Of a DNA stretch of 64,000 nucleotides, positions 8,667 to 17,286 are shown piece after piece (position 1 is the first letter of the stretch; every line of letters starts with the position of its first letter). This DNA comes from an uncultured Spirochaetota bacterium (GTDB taxonomy: Bacteria; Spirochaetota; Spirochaetia; SZUA-6; Fen-1364), in NCBI GenBank assembly GCA_963845535.1, contig CAWJSK010000001.1, positions 37,396 to 101,395 on the forward strand. The letters run 5' to 3'. The position numbers were made by a program, and so were the translations under genes. The notes under the pieces were generated by a model. It ran no database searches and was not told the DNA's origin. It saw only the letters and a program-made list of their open reading frames with translations.

Positions 8667-9941
8667 TTGCCCTCTCGCAGGAGTGTGCCGTACTATGATT
8701 GTCGCCGGAAGGAAGGGAAGTTGATTTTTTCATTGAAACCTTTGAAAAATCTGGTCTCCTCGGTTGGCAGGCTGCTGCGACGCCGCAGCGTCGGTGGATC
8801 CGCCAAGGCCCCTCGTTCGGAAACCAGCCCCTATGTGAGCAGAATCCTGTCAGACGCCATCCTCCTCAACGAGATACCGTCCCCCACCGAGCGTGAGGCG
8901 GCTCGAACGGACTACATCCTGCAACGGCTCGGTGAGTTTGGCTATCAGGATGCCTCCGTGGATGATTTCGGAAACGTCACGGCGGTTGTGCCGGCTCGAG
9001 AAAGCACCGAGGAGCACGTCCTTCTGTTCGCGGACATCCGGTGTGAGGACTACTCCCCCATCGACAGCATGACAAAGCTGGAAGCGGACCGTCTGCGCGG
9101 GACGGGAATAGCGGAGAGCTCTGTGGCCGCGGCGGCACTCCTGGTCCTTGCGGAGTACCTGGCGCGCAACGAAATCCAGTACGACCGGACCGTCGTATTT
9201 CTCTTCACTTCCTTCGACCCTGGCGAACGCGACACCCAACCGCTGGAGCGCTTCCTCCAGGATTGGAAGGATCGCGTCCGCCTTGCCGGGCACGTGCGCG
9301 GGCTCGATCTGGGCAGGATCGAGGAGCGGCCGCTGGGCACGTGCAAGCTTTCCGTGAAGGTCCACACAGAGGAGCGCGCCGGTGCCGCACATGAGCCGGT
9401 TATTTCGGCCATCTGGGTCCTCGCCATCATCGCGAGCAGGCTGGGGAGCATCCGCTGGGACGCGCAGAACGACACGTTCCTGAACATCTCCCGCATGGAG
9501 GCCGGCGTCGGCTTCGGATGGTATGCCTCCGAGGGCGTGCTCGAGCTGGAGGTCTTCTCACCAATCGCCGCCACCCTCGATGTTGCGCGAAAGGCGGTAG
9601 AGGCCACCATTGCCGGGATTGCACAGGAGAGCGGCGCGGCGGTTGAAATCACCGTGAAAGCTTTTCTCCCCGCCGGCGACCCTGAGATCAACCAGGGTCT
9701 GACCGCGATTGTGCGGGGAGTCTACGACCGCCTCCACATCAAGCCCCGCACGGTATCCCTTCCCGGCTATGCCTCGTTTCTGAACTCCTTCGGCATCCCC
9801 GCGGTTACCCTGGGGATCACGACCGGCTCGAAGAGCTACACGGAAGAGTTCATCCATGTGCGCCCTCTGGAGATCGGATTTCGGCAGCTCCTCGCTTTTC
9901 TTGATGACTGCGCCGGCTGGCATAACGGGGGCCGACCGTGA
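8667..9941 (+). CDS. M20/M25/M40-family peptidase-like protein with apparently degenerate metal and catalytic motifs
   Basis: Overall M20 layout (LLNEIPSPTEREAARTDYILQRLGEFGY..., NVTAVVPA...). Where HxD, GxxD and EE are expected I read LLFADI, GTGIAES and FDPGE. The start is uncertain (TTG 8667 in the track; other TTG/GTG candidates downstream). The stop overlaps the gpgS start. Confidence 0.55.
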   Translation: MPSRRSVPYYDCRRKEGKLIFSLKPLKNLVSSVGRLLRRRSVGGSAKAPRSETSPYVSRILSDAILLNEIPSPTEREAARTDYILQRLGEFGYQDASVDDFGNVTAVVPARESTEEHVLLFADIRCEDYSPIDSMTKLEADRLRGTGIAESSVAAAALLVLAEYLARNEIQYDRTVVFLFTSFDPGERDTQPLERFLQDWKDRVRLAGHVRGLDLGRIEERPLGTCKLSVKVHTEERAGAAHEPVISAIWVLAIIASRLGSIRWDAQNDTFLNISRMEAGVGFGWYASEGVLELEVFSPIAATLDVARKAVEATIAGIAQESGAAVEITVKAFLPAGDPEINQGLTAIVRGVYDRLHIKPRTVSLPGYASFLNSFGIPAVTLGITTGSKSYTEEFIHVRPLEIGFRQLLAFLDDCAGWHNGGRP

Positions 9942-10906
9942 GAGGAGAGCAACGGATCCTTCAAAACACGTTCCATCACAACGACTTCAAGGACATGGCC
10001 CTGCTGGTGCGCCAGAAAGAAAGCCAGAACTTGAAGATCTCACTCGCATTTCCCACGCTGAATGAGGAAGCCACCATCGGCAAGGAAGTGCTCGTGCTGA
10101 AGACGGAGTGCATGGATCGGTTTCCGCTTCTTGATGAGATTGTCGTCATCGACTCCGGCTCCAAGGACCGCACACGGGAAGCAGCCACGGAAAACGGGGC
10201 CCGGGTGTTCTCTTCCGCTGACATTCTCAAGAAATATGGCTCCTACCGCGGCAAAGGGGAAAACCTGTGGAAGAGCCTGTATGTTCTTGCGGGCGACATC
10301 ATTGTCTGGATCGACGCGGACATCAGCAACATCGCCCCGAAGTTCGTCTACGGCCTGGTGGGGCCCCTCCTGCGGGACCCGCGCATCAGCTACGTGAAGG
10401 CGTTCTATGAACGGCCCTTCCGCGTTGCGGGTGAGCTCATCCCGGCCGGCGGCGGACGCGTGACGGAGATCCTTGTGCGTCCGCTGTTCTCCCTGTATTA
10501 CCCTGAGCTCGCGTGCCTCGTGCAGCCTCTGAGCGGGGAGTACGCGGGACGGCGAAACCTGTTGGAACGGCTTCCCTTTTCCGTCGGATACGGAGTGGAG
10601 CTGGGGCACCTCGTGGACATCTACCACCAGGTGGGGATCGACGCGCTTGCCCAGGTCAACATGGACCGAAGAGTGCACAGGAATCAGTCCTTGCAATCCC
10701 TCGGGAAAATGTCCTTCGGGATCCTGCAGACGTTTCTCGGCAGGCTGGCGAAATATGGGGAAGGAAGGATGCCGCCCGCGGCTTCTCAGCACGTGTCGGT
10801 TTCCGTCTCAGAGCAGTCACCTTGCATAGAGCAGGTGGATATCCCCACGGAGGAGAGGCCGCCCATGATCGACGTGGAGGAATATCGGCAGAAGTTTCAC
10901 CTCTAG
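9938..10906 (+). CDS. gpgS: glucosyl-3-phosphoglycerate synthase (GT81)
   Basis: ISLAFPTLNEEATIG, VVIDSGSKDRT, YRGKGENLW, WIDADI, GGGRVTEILVRPLFSLYYPELA and PLSGEYAG match my memory of GpgS/MpgS-type GT81 enzymes. GTGA overlap with the preceding gene. Confidence 0.8.
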   Translation: MRGEQRILQNTFHHNDFKDMALLVRQKESQNLKISLAFPTLNEEATIGKEVLVLKTECMDRFPLLDEIVVIDSGSKDRTREAATENGARVFSSADILKKYGSYRGKGENLWKSLYVLAGDIIVWIDADISNIAPKFVYGLVGPLLRDPRISYVKAFYERPFRVAGELIPAGGGRVTEILVRPLFSLYYPELACLVQPLSGEYAGRRNLLERLPFSVGYGVELGHLVDIYHQVGIDALAQVNMDRRVHRNQSLQSLGKMSFGILQTFLGRLAKYGEGRMPPAASQHVSVSVSEQSPCIEQVDIPTEERPPMIDVEEYRQKFHL

Positions 10907-10926
10907 CAGCCCAGAAGAGGAGAAAT

Positions 10927-12120
10927 ATGGCCATCGCCGTGGCACATGTCGTCAACCTGATCGAGTTCCAGATGAGCTTCCTGCTCTTCATTGCGCTTGC
11001 CGGCTATCTTCTGGCTTCCCGCATCAACCAGTCCGCGGTGATCGGCGAAATCCTTGTCGGGCTCATTGTGGGCCCCAGCCTGCTCGGAATAATCACATAC
11101 ACGGATTTCGTCAGCAGCATCGCGCACCTGGGGGCTGTCGTCCTGCTCTTCGTTGTGGGCCTGGAGTTTCGGCTGGAGGATGTCGCCCGGCCCCGCTACG
11201 TCCTCATTGCCGCCAGCGGGGTCGTTGTTCCCTGGATCATGGGCTACTTCGTCTCCATCCTGTCCGGATTTTCCTTCGGGAGCTCCGTGTTCATTGGCAC
11301 AGCCCTGACCGCCACGAGCATAGCAATCACCGCGAACGTTCTCAGGGAGATGGGGAAGCTTCATACCGAGGCGGCGCGCGCGATCATTGGCGCCGCCGTC
11401 ATCGATGACGTCCTGAGCCTGATCGTTCTTGCCGTGGGCAACGGGGTTGTATCCGGTGACATTTCTATCCCCTCTCTTTTGGTCATTTTTGCAAAAGCGG
11501 TCGGGTTTCTGGCGGTTGGGGGGCTGGCAGGTCACTTCGGGCTGCGCAGGTTGCTTGGCCTGATCGACTCGACTCGGTTTACGCGCCGTTACCCCGAGGT
11601 GACATTCATTTTCGCAACTATGCTCGCGTTCCTGTACGGGATGGGCGCGGAGCTGATGGGGTTGTCAGCCATCGTGGGCGCTTTTATTGCGGGCGCCTCC
11701 TTCGCAGGGGTGATCTTGCGCAACGGCAGGGATCTCTACAGAGGATCGGAATCCCTGATGATCATTTTCTCCTCCATTTTCTTCGTTTCTCTGGGAATCC
11801 TGGCGGATGTCAGAACGCTCAACGCAAAAGTTCTTGTGTTTCTCCTTGTCCTGACGGCGGTAGCGATTGCTTCGAAACTGATAGGGTGCGGCGGCGCCGC
11901 CCTTCTGAACCGCAGCTCGCTCCGCGACTCCGCCATCATCGGCTTCGGCATGGCGCCGCGGGGAGAAGTCGCAATGATCATCGGACTGATAGGACTCGAC
12001 AGCGGACTGATCAGCCAGGAGGTCTACGTGAGCATCATCCTCATGAGCCTGTTGACCACGGTCGTCACGCCTTTTGTTCTGCGGGGATGGCTGTACCGTC
12101 GCGCTGCTGGAGCCAGATGA
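10927..12120 (+). CDS. cation:proton antiporter (CPA2, Kef/NapA-type membrane domain)
   Basis: The ATG at 10927 follows AGAGGAG. MAIAVAHVVNLIEFQMSFLLFIALAGYLLASRINQSAVIGEILVGLIVGPSLLG is a typical Na_H_Exchanger N-terminus, with about 12 TM segments. The upstream part of the track ORF (from 10513) is an out-of-context extension overlapping gpgS. Confidence 0.85.
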   Translation: MAIAVAHVVNLIEFQMSFLLFIALAGYLLASRINQSAVIGEILVGLIVGPSLLGIITYTDFVSSIAHLGAVVLLFVVGLEFRLEDVARPRYVLIAASGVVVPWIMGYFVSILSGFSFGSSVFIGTALTATSIAITANVLREMGKLHTEAARAIIGAAVIDDVLSLIVLAVGNGVVSGDISIPSLLVIFAKAVGFLAVGGLAGHFGLRRLLGLIDSTRFTRRYPEVTFIFATMLAFLYGMGAELMGLSAIVGAFIAGASFAGVILRNGRDLYRGSESLMIIFSSIFFVSLGILADVRTLNAKVLVFLLVLTAVAIASKLIGCGGAALLNRSSLRDSAIIGFGMAPRGEVAMIIGLIGLDSGLISQEVYVSIILMSLLTTVVTPFVLRGWLYRRAAGAR

Positions 12121-12266
12121 AGGCATGAGGCGGCAAAAAGGGTGACGCCCCAGTCGAAAAACTTCGACGAGATCGGGCAGGTAAATTCTACAGAGAAAAC
12201 ATCGCCATTCGATGGCGGTCCCGCGCGCCAGCCCGTACAGTTTTACAGGAAGCAAGGAGAGAGCAC

Positions 12267-12680
12267 ATGCTCCAGTTCTACCTTCTCTCCGTCGTTGCAA
12301 ACCTGGTGGCCAGCCTCACCCTGGCGGGAGACTACTTTGGGGAGAGGATGCCATTCTTGAAATGCTTCGCGGAGGCGCGCTCCAGCAGGAGCGCTCGGAT
12401 CACCATCGGCGTTGCAGCGCTCGTGGTCGGGATCATCAAGCTATTTGTGCTTGCCCCCGGGGAAAACGTCATCATCCTGGGAGACTTCCTTCCCGCCGTC
12501 ACCGGGATAATCCTCGGGGGGGTCTTGCTTGCGGAAATCAACCAGGGAAAGGTGGCGCAGGCCGGCGAGCCAATCCGCAAGCTTTCCCATGCGGCCTTGA
12601 CCTACCGTGTCCCCGTGGGGATTGCCGGGATCATCATTACGTTCCTGCACTTCCTTTTTCCGAACATGATGATCCTCTGA
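12267..12680 (+). CDS. small integral membrane protein, unknown family (paralog 1)
   Basis: 137 aa with four hydrophobic segments, preceded by AAGGAGAG. Clearly paralogous to the next gene. Confidence 0.6.
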   Translation: MLQFYLLSVVANLVASLTLAGDYFGERMPFLKCFAEARSSRSARITIGVAALVVGIIKLFVLAPGENVIILGDFLPAVTGIILGGVLLAEINQGKVAQAGEPIRKLSHAALTYRVPVGIAGIIITFLHFLFPNMMIL

Positions 12681-12700
12681 TTTTTTCAGGAGGTGTCCGT

Positions 12701-13114
12701 ATGGCACAGTTCTATTTTCTGTCAATCCTGTCCAACATCGTTGCAGGGCTCACGCTGGCGGGAGATTACCTGGGAGAGAAGATCCCTTTTCTCGCGTCAT
12801 TCAAGAACCTGCGGGCAAACAGGCCGGCCACGGTGACCATTGCCATCGTGACGGCAATCATCGGGCTCATCAAGCTCATTGTTCTCTCTCCGGGTGAAAG
12901 CCTTCCCGTGGTTGGGGACCTCCTTCCGGCGCTTACGGGAATTGCCCTTGGCGGCATTCTCCTTGTGGAGGCTTTTCGGCTGAAGGTGGAGAGCCAGGGA
13001 GAGTCGCTGAAGAAGATTTCCGCCACGGTGCTGACGTACCGGGTTCCCTTGGGAATTGCCGGAGTCGTGGTGGGCGTGCTCCATTTCCTGTTCCCCGGCG
13101 TTCCCGTTCTCTGA
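12701..13114 (+). CDS. small integral membrane protein, unknown family (paralog 2)
   Basis: The ATG at 12701 follows CAGGAGG. MAQFYFLSILSNIVAGLTLAGDYLGEKIPFL... aligns colinearly with paralog 1, including LTYRVP.GIAG....LHFLFP. Same length, 137 aa. Confidence 0.6.
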   Translation: MAQFYFLSILSNIVAGLTLAGDYLGEKIPFLASFKNLRANRPATVTIAIVTAIIGLIKLIVLSPGESLPVVGDLLPALTGIALGGILLVEAFRLKVESQGESLKKISATVLTYRVPLGIAGVVVGVLHFLFPGVPVL

Positions 13115-13240
13115 GAGCGGGTCGCCACGCCTGGGTCGTGCACCTATAAAAAAGGCAGTTTTTGCAAGTTTTTAGACACTTTTGACGATTTTCATAGTGC
13201 TGGAAGTGACCCTTCATCAATTCGACTGACTCGGCGCGGG

Positions 13241-14992
13241 CTAATCGGCCAGGGCAGCTTGCGCCCGCAGAAGGTCGTGCAGCGTGACCACGGACGTGAT
13301 CTCCCCTGTGGACTCATCCCGCACCAGAACGATCCCTGAGGCGCTTTCCATCAGCCGCGCGCCCACCTCACGGACGCTCAAGGACGGCGGGCATTCCACC
13401 GGCGCCGTGATTCGGGGAGTGGAGTCCGTGGAGATTGCAGCCTTCATGTCCTCACGCATGACAATTCCGCTCACCTTTCCGTCCATGATGACGGGAAAAC
13501 GGCGGTAAGGGTAGGACGCCAGGTAGCTTTCCATGGTCTTGCGCTGGAGGTCCGGCAGGATGACGGCGCGCGTACGCGCAATCTCGGACACCGGCAGTTT
13601 TTGCCAGCTCTCCAGGTCCCTTGGCGGCTTGATCCGGATCAGCTCGTGGCCGTCTTGAAGGAGAAGGGCGTCATAGAAATTGTGCTTTCCGCCCAGCCGC
13701 GCAATGGCCTGGCTCACGATGGAGCAGAACATGAGCGCGGGGACCATCGAGAACTGGTGGGTCATCTCGAAAACTATGAGCAGGGCGGTCAGAGGCGCGC
13801 GCACCACGGCGTTGAAGCAGGCGCTCATGCCCACGGCCGCCAGGACAATGCGGTCAGCCGCGGTGAGGGGGAGCCAGATGCTTGCGATCCCGGCAAAGAA
13901 AAGTCCCGTCATGCCGCCGAGAAACAGAGTGGGAGAGAAGATGCCGCCGCAGCCGCCCCACCCGTATGAGGCAATGGTGGCCACGAACTTCGCCACCACC
14001 AGCACGCCCGCAACCTGCCAGACGAGCTTGTCATTCAGTGCGAGGGAGAGGTCATTGTAGCCGAGGCCGAATACCCCGGTGTGGCCGTTGATGAGAAACA
14101 CCGCGCAGCCCAGGGCCCACGTCACCAGCGCGCCTGACAAGGGCCGCAGCCAGGCCGGCAGTCGGCTGCGCTCGCGAACGCGGGACCGCAGCGTCAGGGT
14201 CAGGGTCTGAAACCCCACGCCAATAAAGGATGCCACGGCGGCCACGAGAGGCAGGATCAGGTACATGAGCCACGTGATGCCCTCCACCGAGGGAAGCGTG
14301 AAAGCGGGCTGCCTCCCGAGGAACGCCTCCACAATGAGCGCCCCAAGCACCGCGGCAAGGACGACCCCTCCGAGGACCCGGCTTCCGAACTCATTGTTGA
14401 GCATCTCCTCCAGAACGAACGTTATTGCGGCAAGCGGCGTGTTGAAAGCCGCAGCCAAAGAGGCAGCCGCGCCGGTTGCCGACGGCTGACGTCGGCCCGT
14501 CCTCGGGATCCCCAGAGCCGCAGCAAGGTTCGACGCGACTCCTCCTCCAACGTAGACGGACGGTCCTTCGCGTCCGAGACTCGTTCCGCCCCCCAGTGTC
14601 AGGACCCCGCCGATGAACTTCACGATCACGGACCTCATCTGGACGAGCCCGAGGTCCTTCCAGTAAGCCGCCTTGAGCTCCGGCACGCCGCTTCCCGCGG
14701 ATTTCGGGCTGACCTTTTGCATCAGAAGACCAGAAGCCGCTGAGGTGAGGGAGATGACGATCAGGCTCCCGATGACAAAAACCAAGGCGGGTCCCGTTGA
14801 AAGCCTCACGATGGTGACTCGGAAGAGCAAGTTCGTGAGCCACAGGAACGCGACCGCGGCTCCGGCTGCCGCGGCCGCAAAGAGAAGCGTGGAGAGAATG
14901 CCGCGAGTGTTTTCCGGAATGCGGCGAAGCTTTTGCAGGGACAGTACCATTGTCTCTATTAAAACAGATTCGATTTCATCGTGACAACCCAA
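13241..14992 (-). CDS. ClC-family chloride channel/antiporter with C-terminal CBS pair
   Basis: GSGVPELK, GREGPSV and GGIFSPTLFLG selectivity motifs, with a CBS-like C-terminus. An alternative ATG start at 14950 (MVLSLQKL) is possible. Confidence 0.85.
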   Translation of the reverse strand: MGCHDEIESVLIETMVLSLQKLRRIPENTRGILSTLLFAAAAAGAAVAFLWLTNLLFRVTIVRLSTGPALVFVIGSLIVISLTSAASGLLMQKVSPKSAGSGVPELKAAYWKDLGLVQMRSVIVKFIGGVLTLGGGTSLGREGPSVYVGGGVASNLAAALGIPRTGRRQPSATGAAASLAAAFNTPLAAITFVLEEMLNNEFGSRVLGGVVLAAVLGALIVEAFLGRQPAFTLPSVEGITWLMYLILPLVAAVASFIGVGFQTLTLTLRSRVRERSRLPAWLRPLSGALVTWALGCAVFLINGHTGVFGLGYNDLSLALNDKLVWQVAGVLVVAKFVATIASYGWGGCGGIFSPTLFLGGMTGLFFAGIASIWLPLTAADRIVLAAVGMSACFNAVVRAPLTALLIVFEMTHQFSMVPALMFCSIVSQAIARLGGKHNFYDALLLQDGHELIRIKPPRDLESWQKLPVSEIARTRAVILPDLQRKTMESYLASYPYRRFPVIMDGKVSGIVMREDMKAAISTDSTPRITAPVECPPSLSVREVGARLMESASGIVLVRDESTGEITSVVTLHDLLRAQAALAD

Positions 14993-15160
14993 AGGACCAC
15001 TATCCGCATGTCGAATTCTTTCGACTCGGTTTCATGACATGATTCGAGGGAAAAATCATCTCTCCGATGATACCTGACGGAGATGCCCGCCCTTACCATT
15101 GTTCCGTGAGGCTTGTGAGGCAGGCCCGCCGAAGAACCAGGACAGCGAGGGGATCGGACC

Positions 15161-15406
15161 GTGGAGGAAAAGATCGCTGAGTGCGCCGAGAGGATCTGGA
15201 CGCTGCTGGAGCAGGCTCAGGAAGTGAACATCCTTCGGCTGTCGGAGTTGCTGGGGGAGAGGAACGTGGTTGCCTACCAGGCGCTGGGATGGCTGGCACG
15301 GGAGAAGAAAATTCATTACGCGCAAAGAGGGAGCCAGGTTTTCATATCGCGTAAAGAGGAGGCCGATGCGCCTCCTGATCGAAGATCGTCGAGGAGGCGT
15401 GCATGA
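15161..15406 (+). CDS. small winged-helix protein (DUF2582-like)
   Basis: The 81-aa sequence EEKIAECAERIWTLLEQAQEVNILRLSELLGERNVVAYQALGWLAREKKIHY resembles the short wHTH family I recall as DUF2582. GTG start after GAGGGGA. Its stop overlaps the ATG of the next gene. Confidence 0.5.
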   Translation: MEEKIAECAERIWTLLEQAQEVNILRLSELLGERNVVAYQALGWLAREKKIHYAQRGSQVFISRKEEADAPPDRRSSRRRA

Positions 15407-17211
15407 AAAAAGGGATTTGGAGAGTCTGGGGTGTCGGGTTGGCGGCGGTTGTGCTGGCGGCGGCGCTGGTGAGCTGCCAGACGGCCAAACCAAACACGGC
15501 GGGCAACTCCATTCAGACCGAGCAGGCGGGGCTGGCGCCCAACGGGGACAAGGCGCACGCCACCATCGATTTCACGCTGGTGTTCGCCAACACGGCGGCA
15601 ATCAAGACGTGGAAGGTGGAGATGGTCAACGGGGGCAACCCGCAGAAGCAGTGGAGCGGGGACGCGAAAAGCCTGCCCTCCACTTTGACGTGGGACGGGA
15701 AGAGCGAAAGCGGGTCAATCGCCCCCGAAGGCAACTACACGGCGAAGCTGACGGTGGACTACGGCAGCGGGACGCCGGCGGCTACAGCGGAGAGCAGCTC
15801 TTTCATCCTGGATGTCTCCCCGCCGACGGGGAGCGTGAGCTTTGACCCGCAGCAGTTCAGCCCTGACGCGCAGGGCGCGGTGCAGCCGGTGACGGTGAAC
15901 ATCAAGGGCAGCAGCGCGGCAGCGAAGCTGGACAGTTGGTCGCTGGACATCATGGACCCGAATGGGACGGTGTTCCGCAGCTTTGACGGGAAGTGGCCCA
16001 GCGCGCAGGTCCAGTGGGACGGCAAGTCGGACAGCGGCTCCGTGGTGGCACCTGGAGCGTCCTATACTGCAAACGCCACGCTGAAGGATGAGTTTGGGCT
16101 GACGGGGCAGGCAACCGGAGCCATCGCGGTGAGCGGCTCGTCCCCCATGGCGGTGGGGCAGGCGCCGGGGACCTTTGGCGTCACTCCTCTGACCACGGGA
16201 TTCTCACCCAAAGGGACGGTGAAAGTCGAGAAGCTGTCCGTTGGCTACGGCAAGAGCGACGCAGTGAAGAGCTGGAAGCTGGAGATCCTGGATGGCAGTG
16301 GGGCTGCGGTGAAGACGTTCACCGGGGACGCTTCCAACATGCCCGCCACGACGAGCTGGGACGGGAACAACGACTCAGGGTCGATGTCCCCCGAGGGAGC
16401 GTACACGGCGCGGCTTTCGGTGGATTACGGCGGCGCCTACGCGGCGGGGACAACCACGAGTGACCGCTTTGTGCTGGACATCACCCCGCCGACGGGGAGC
16501 ATCACGCTGTCCGAGCCGCTTTTCTCCCCGATCGAGGGCTCGCCCACCATCACGCTGACGGTGGACGCCAGCTCGCGCACGGCGAAGATTGCCAGCTGGC
16601 GGATGGCCATCAATGATCCTGAGAACCACCTGTTCAAGGCGTTCGAAGCTACGTGGCCCACCAAGGACGCGGTGTGGAACGGCAAGGGGATCAACGGCGA
16701 CCTGGTGCAGTCCGCGGAGGACTACCCGGTGGTGGCGATGGTCAGGGACGAGTACGGCAACGCGGGAGAGCTGAAGTCAACGGTGCCGGTGGACATCCTG
16801 GTGGAGAAGACAGCCACGGGGTTCAGGATTTTGAGCTCGCGCATCTTCTTCAAGGCGTACACCGCGAACTACCAGGACGTCAGGCCTGACCTGGCGGCGC
16901 AGAACCTGCAGCGGTTGAACGCCCTGGGGGCCAAGCTGAAGAAGTTCCCCAACTACAGGATCAAGCTCGTCGGGCACGCGGTGATGATCCACTGGGACAA
17001 CAAGGCGCTGGGGGACATCGAGCAGCGGGACGTGCTGATACCGCTGTCCCAGGCGCGGGCGGAAGCCATCAAGAAGGCGCTTGTTGACAGGGGGCTGAAT
17101 GATTCGATGTTCGCCACCCAGGGGGTGGGGGCGTCGGACCAGTTGGTGCCTGACAGCAACCTGGCAGACAGGTGGCAGAACCGCAGGGTGGCCTTCTTCC
17201 TGGAGAAGTAA
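15403..17211 (+). CDS. OmpA-family lipoprotein with four Ig-like (FlgD-Ig-like) repeat modules
   Basis: Lipobox AAALVSC. Repeats appear in A-B-A-B order (WKVEMVNGG...TWDGKSESGSIAPEGNYTAKLTVDYG and WKLEILDGSG...SWDGNNDSGSMSPEGAYTARLSVDYG; WSLDIMDPNG... and WRMAINDPEN...). C-terminal OmpA_C domain: YRIKLVGHAV...SQARAEAIKKALVDRG...NRRVAFFL. Confidence 0.85.
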   Translation: MKKGIWRVWGVGLAAVVLAAALVSCQTAKPNTAGNSIQTEQAGLAPNGDKAHATIDFTLVFANTAAIKTWKVEMVNGGNPQKQWSGDAKSLPSTLTWDGKSESGSIAPEGNYTAKLTVDYGSGTPAATAESSSFILDVSPPTGSVSFDPQQFSPDAQGAVQPVTVNIKGSSAAAKLDSWSLDIMDPNGTVFRSFDGKWPSAQVQWDGKSDSGSVVAPGASYTANATLKDEFGLTGQATGAIAVSGSSPMAVGQAPGTFGVTPLTTGFSPKGTVKVEKLSVGYGKSDAVKSWKLEILDGSGAAVKTFTGDASNMPATTSWDGNNDSGSMSPEGAYTARLSVDYGGAYAAGTTTSDRFVLDITPPTGSITLSEPLFSPIEGSPTITLTVDASSRTAKIASWRMAINDPENHLFKAFEATWPTKDAVWNGKGINGDLVQSAEDYPVVAMVRDEYGNAGELKSTVPVDILVEKTATGFRILSSRIFFKAYTANYQDVRPDLAAQNLQRLNALGAKLKKFPNYRIKLVGHAVMIHWDNKALGDIEQRDVLIPLSQARAEAIKKALVDRGLNDSMFATQGVGASDQLVPDSNLADRWQNRRVAFFLEK

Positions 17212-17229
17212 GAGGGTCAGTGAAGACAA

Positions 17230-17268
17230 GGGGCCATTCTCCGCAAGGAAGGATGGCCCTCTTTTTTT
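17230..17268 (+). terminator. intrinsic terminator after the OmpA-family gene
   Basis: GGGGCCATTCTCC-GCAA-GGAAGGATGGCCC followed by TCTTTTTTT. Confidence 0.65.
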
Positions 17269-17286
17269 CGTAAAGGCACTGTTGAC

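Noticed and set aside
12121-12266. Possible riboswitch or leader in the 146-nt gap before the small membrane paralogs (hairpin CATCGCCATTCGATGGCG).
   Set aside because: It is a single short hairpin with no resemblance to any riboswitch consensus I can recall.
13115-13240. The most AT-rich stretch in the window, between convergent genes, with TTGCAA and TTGACG hexamers. Considered as a possible sRNA or promoter.
   Set aside because: I found no hexamer pair with acceptable spacing and a -10, and no terminator hairpin. It is most simply a convergent 3' intergenic spacer and cannot be supported as a feature without expression data.
14993-15100. Fluoride (crcB-type) riboswitch upstream of the first ClC gene.
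   Set aside because: On the minus strand only a CUCCG/CGGAG hairpin and an AGAUGAUUUUUCCCUC stretch vaguely resemble the motif, and I could not build the first stem or the pseudoknot. In addition, the channel has the canonical GSGVPE/GREGP chloride-type motifs rather than ClC-F features.
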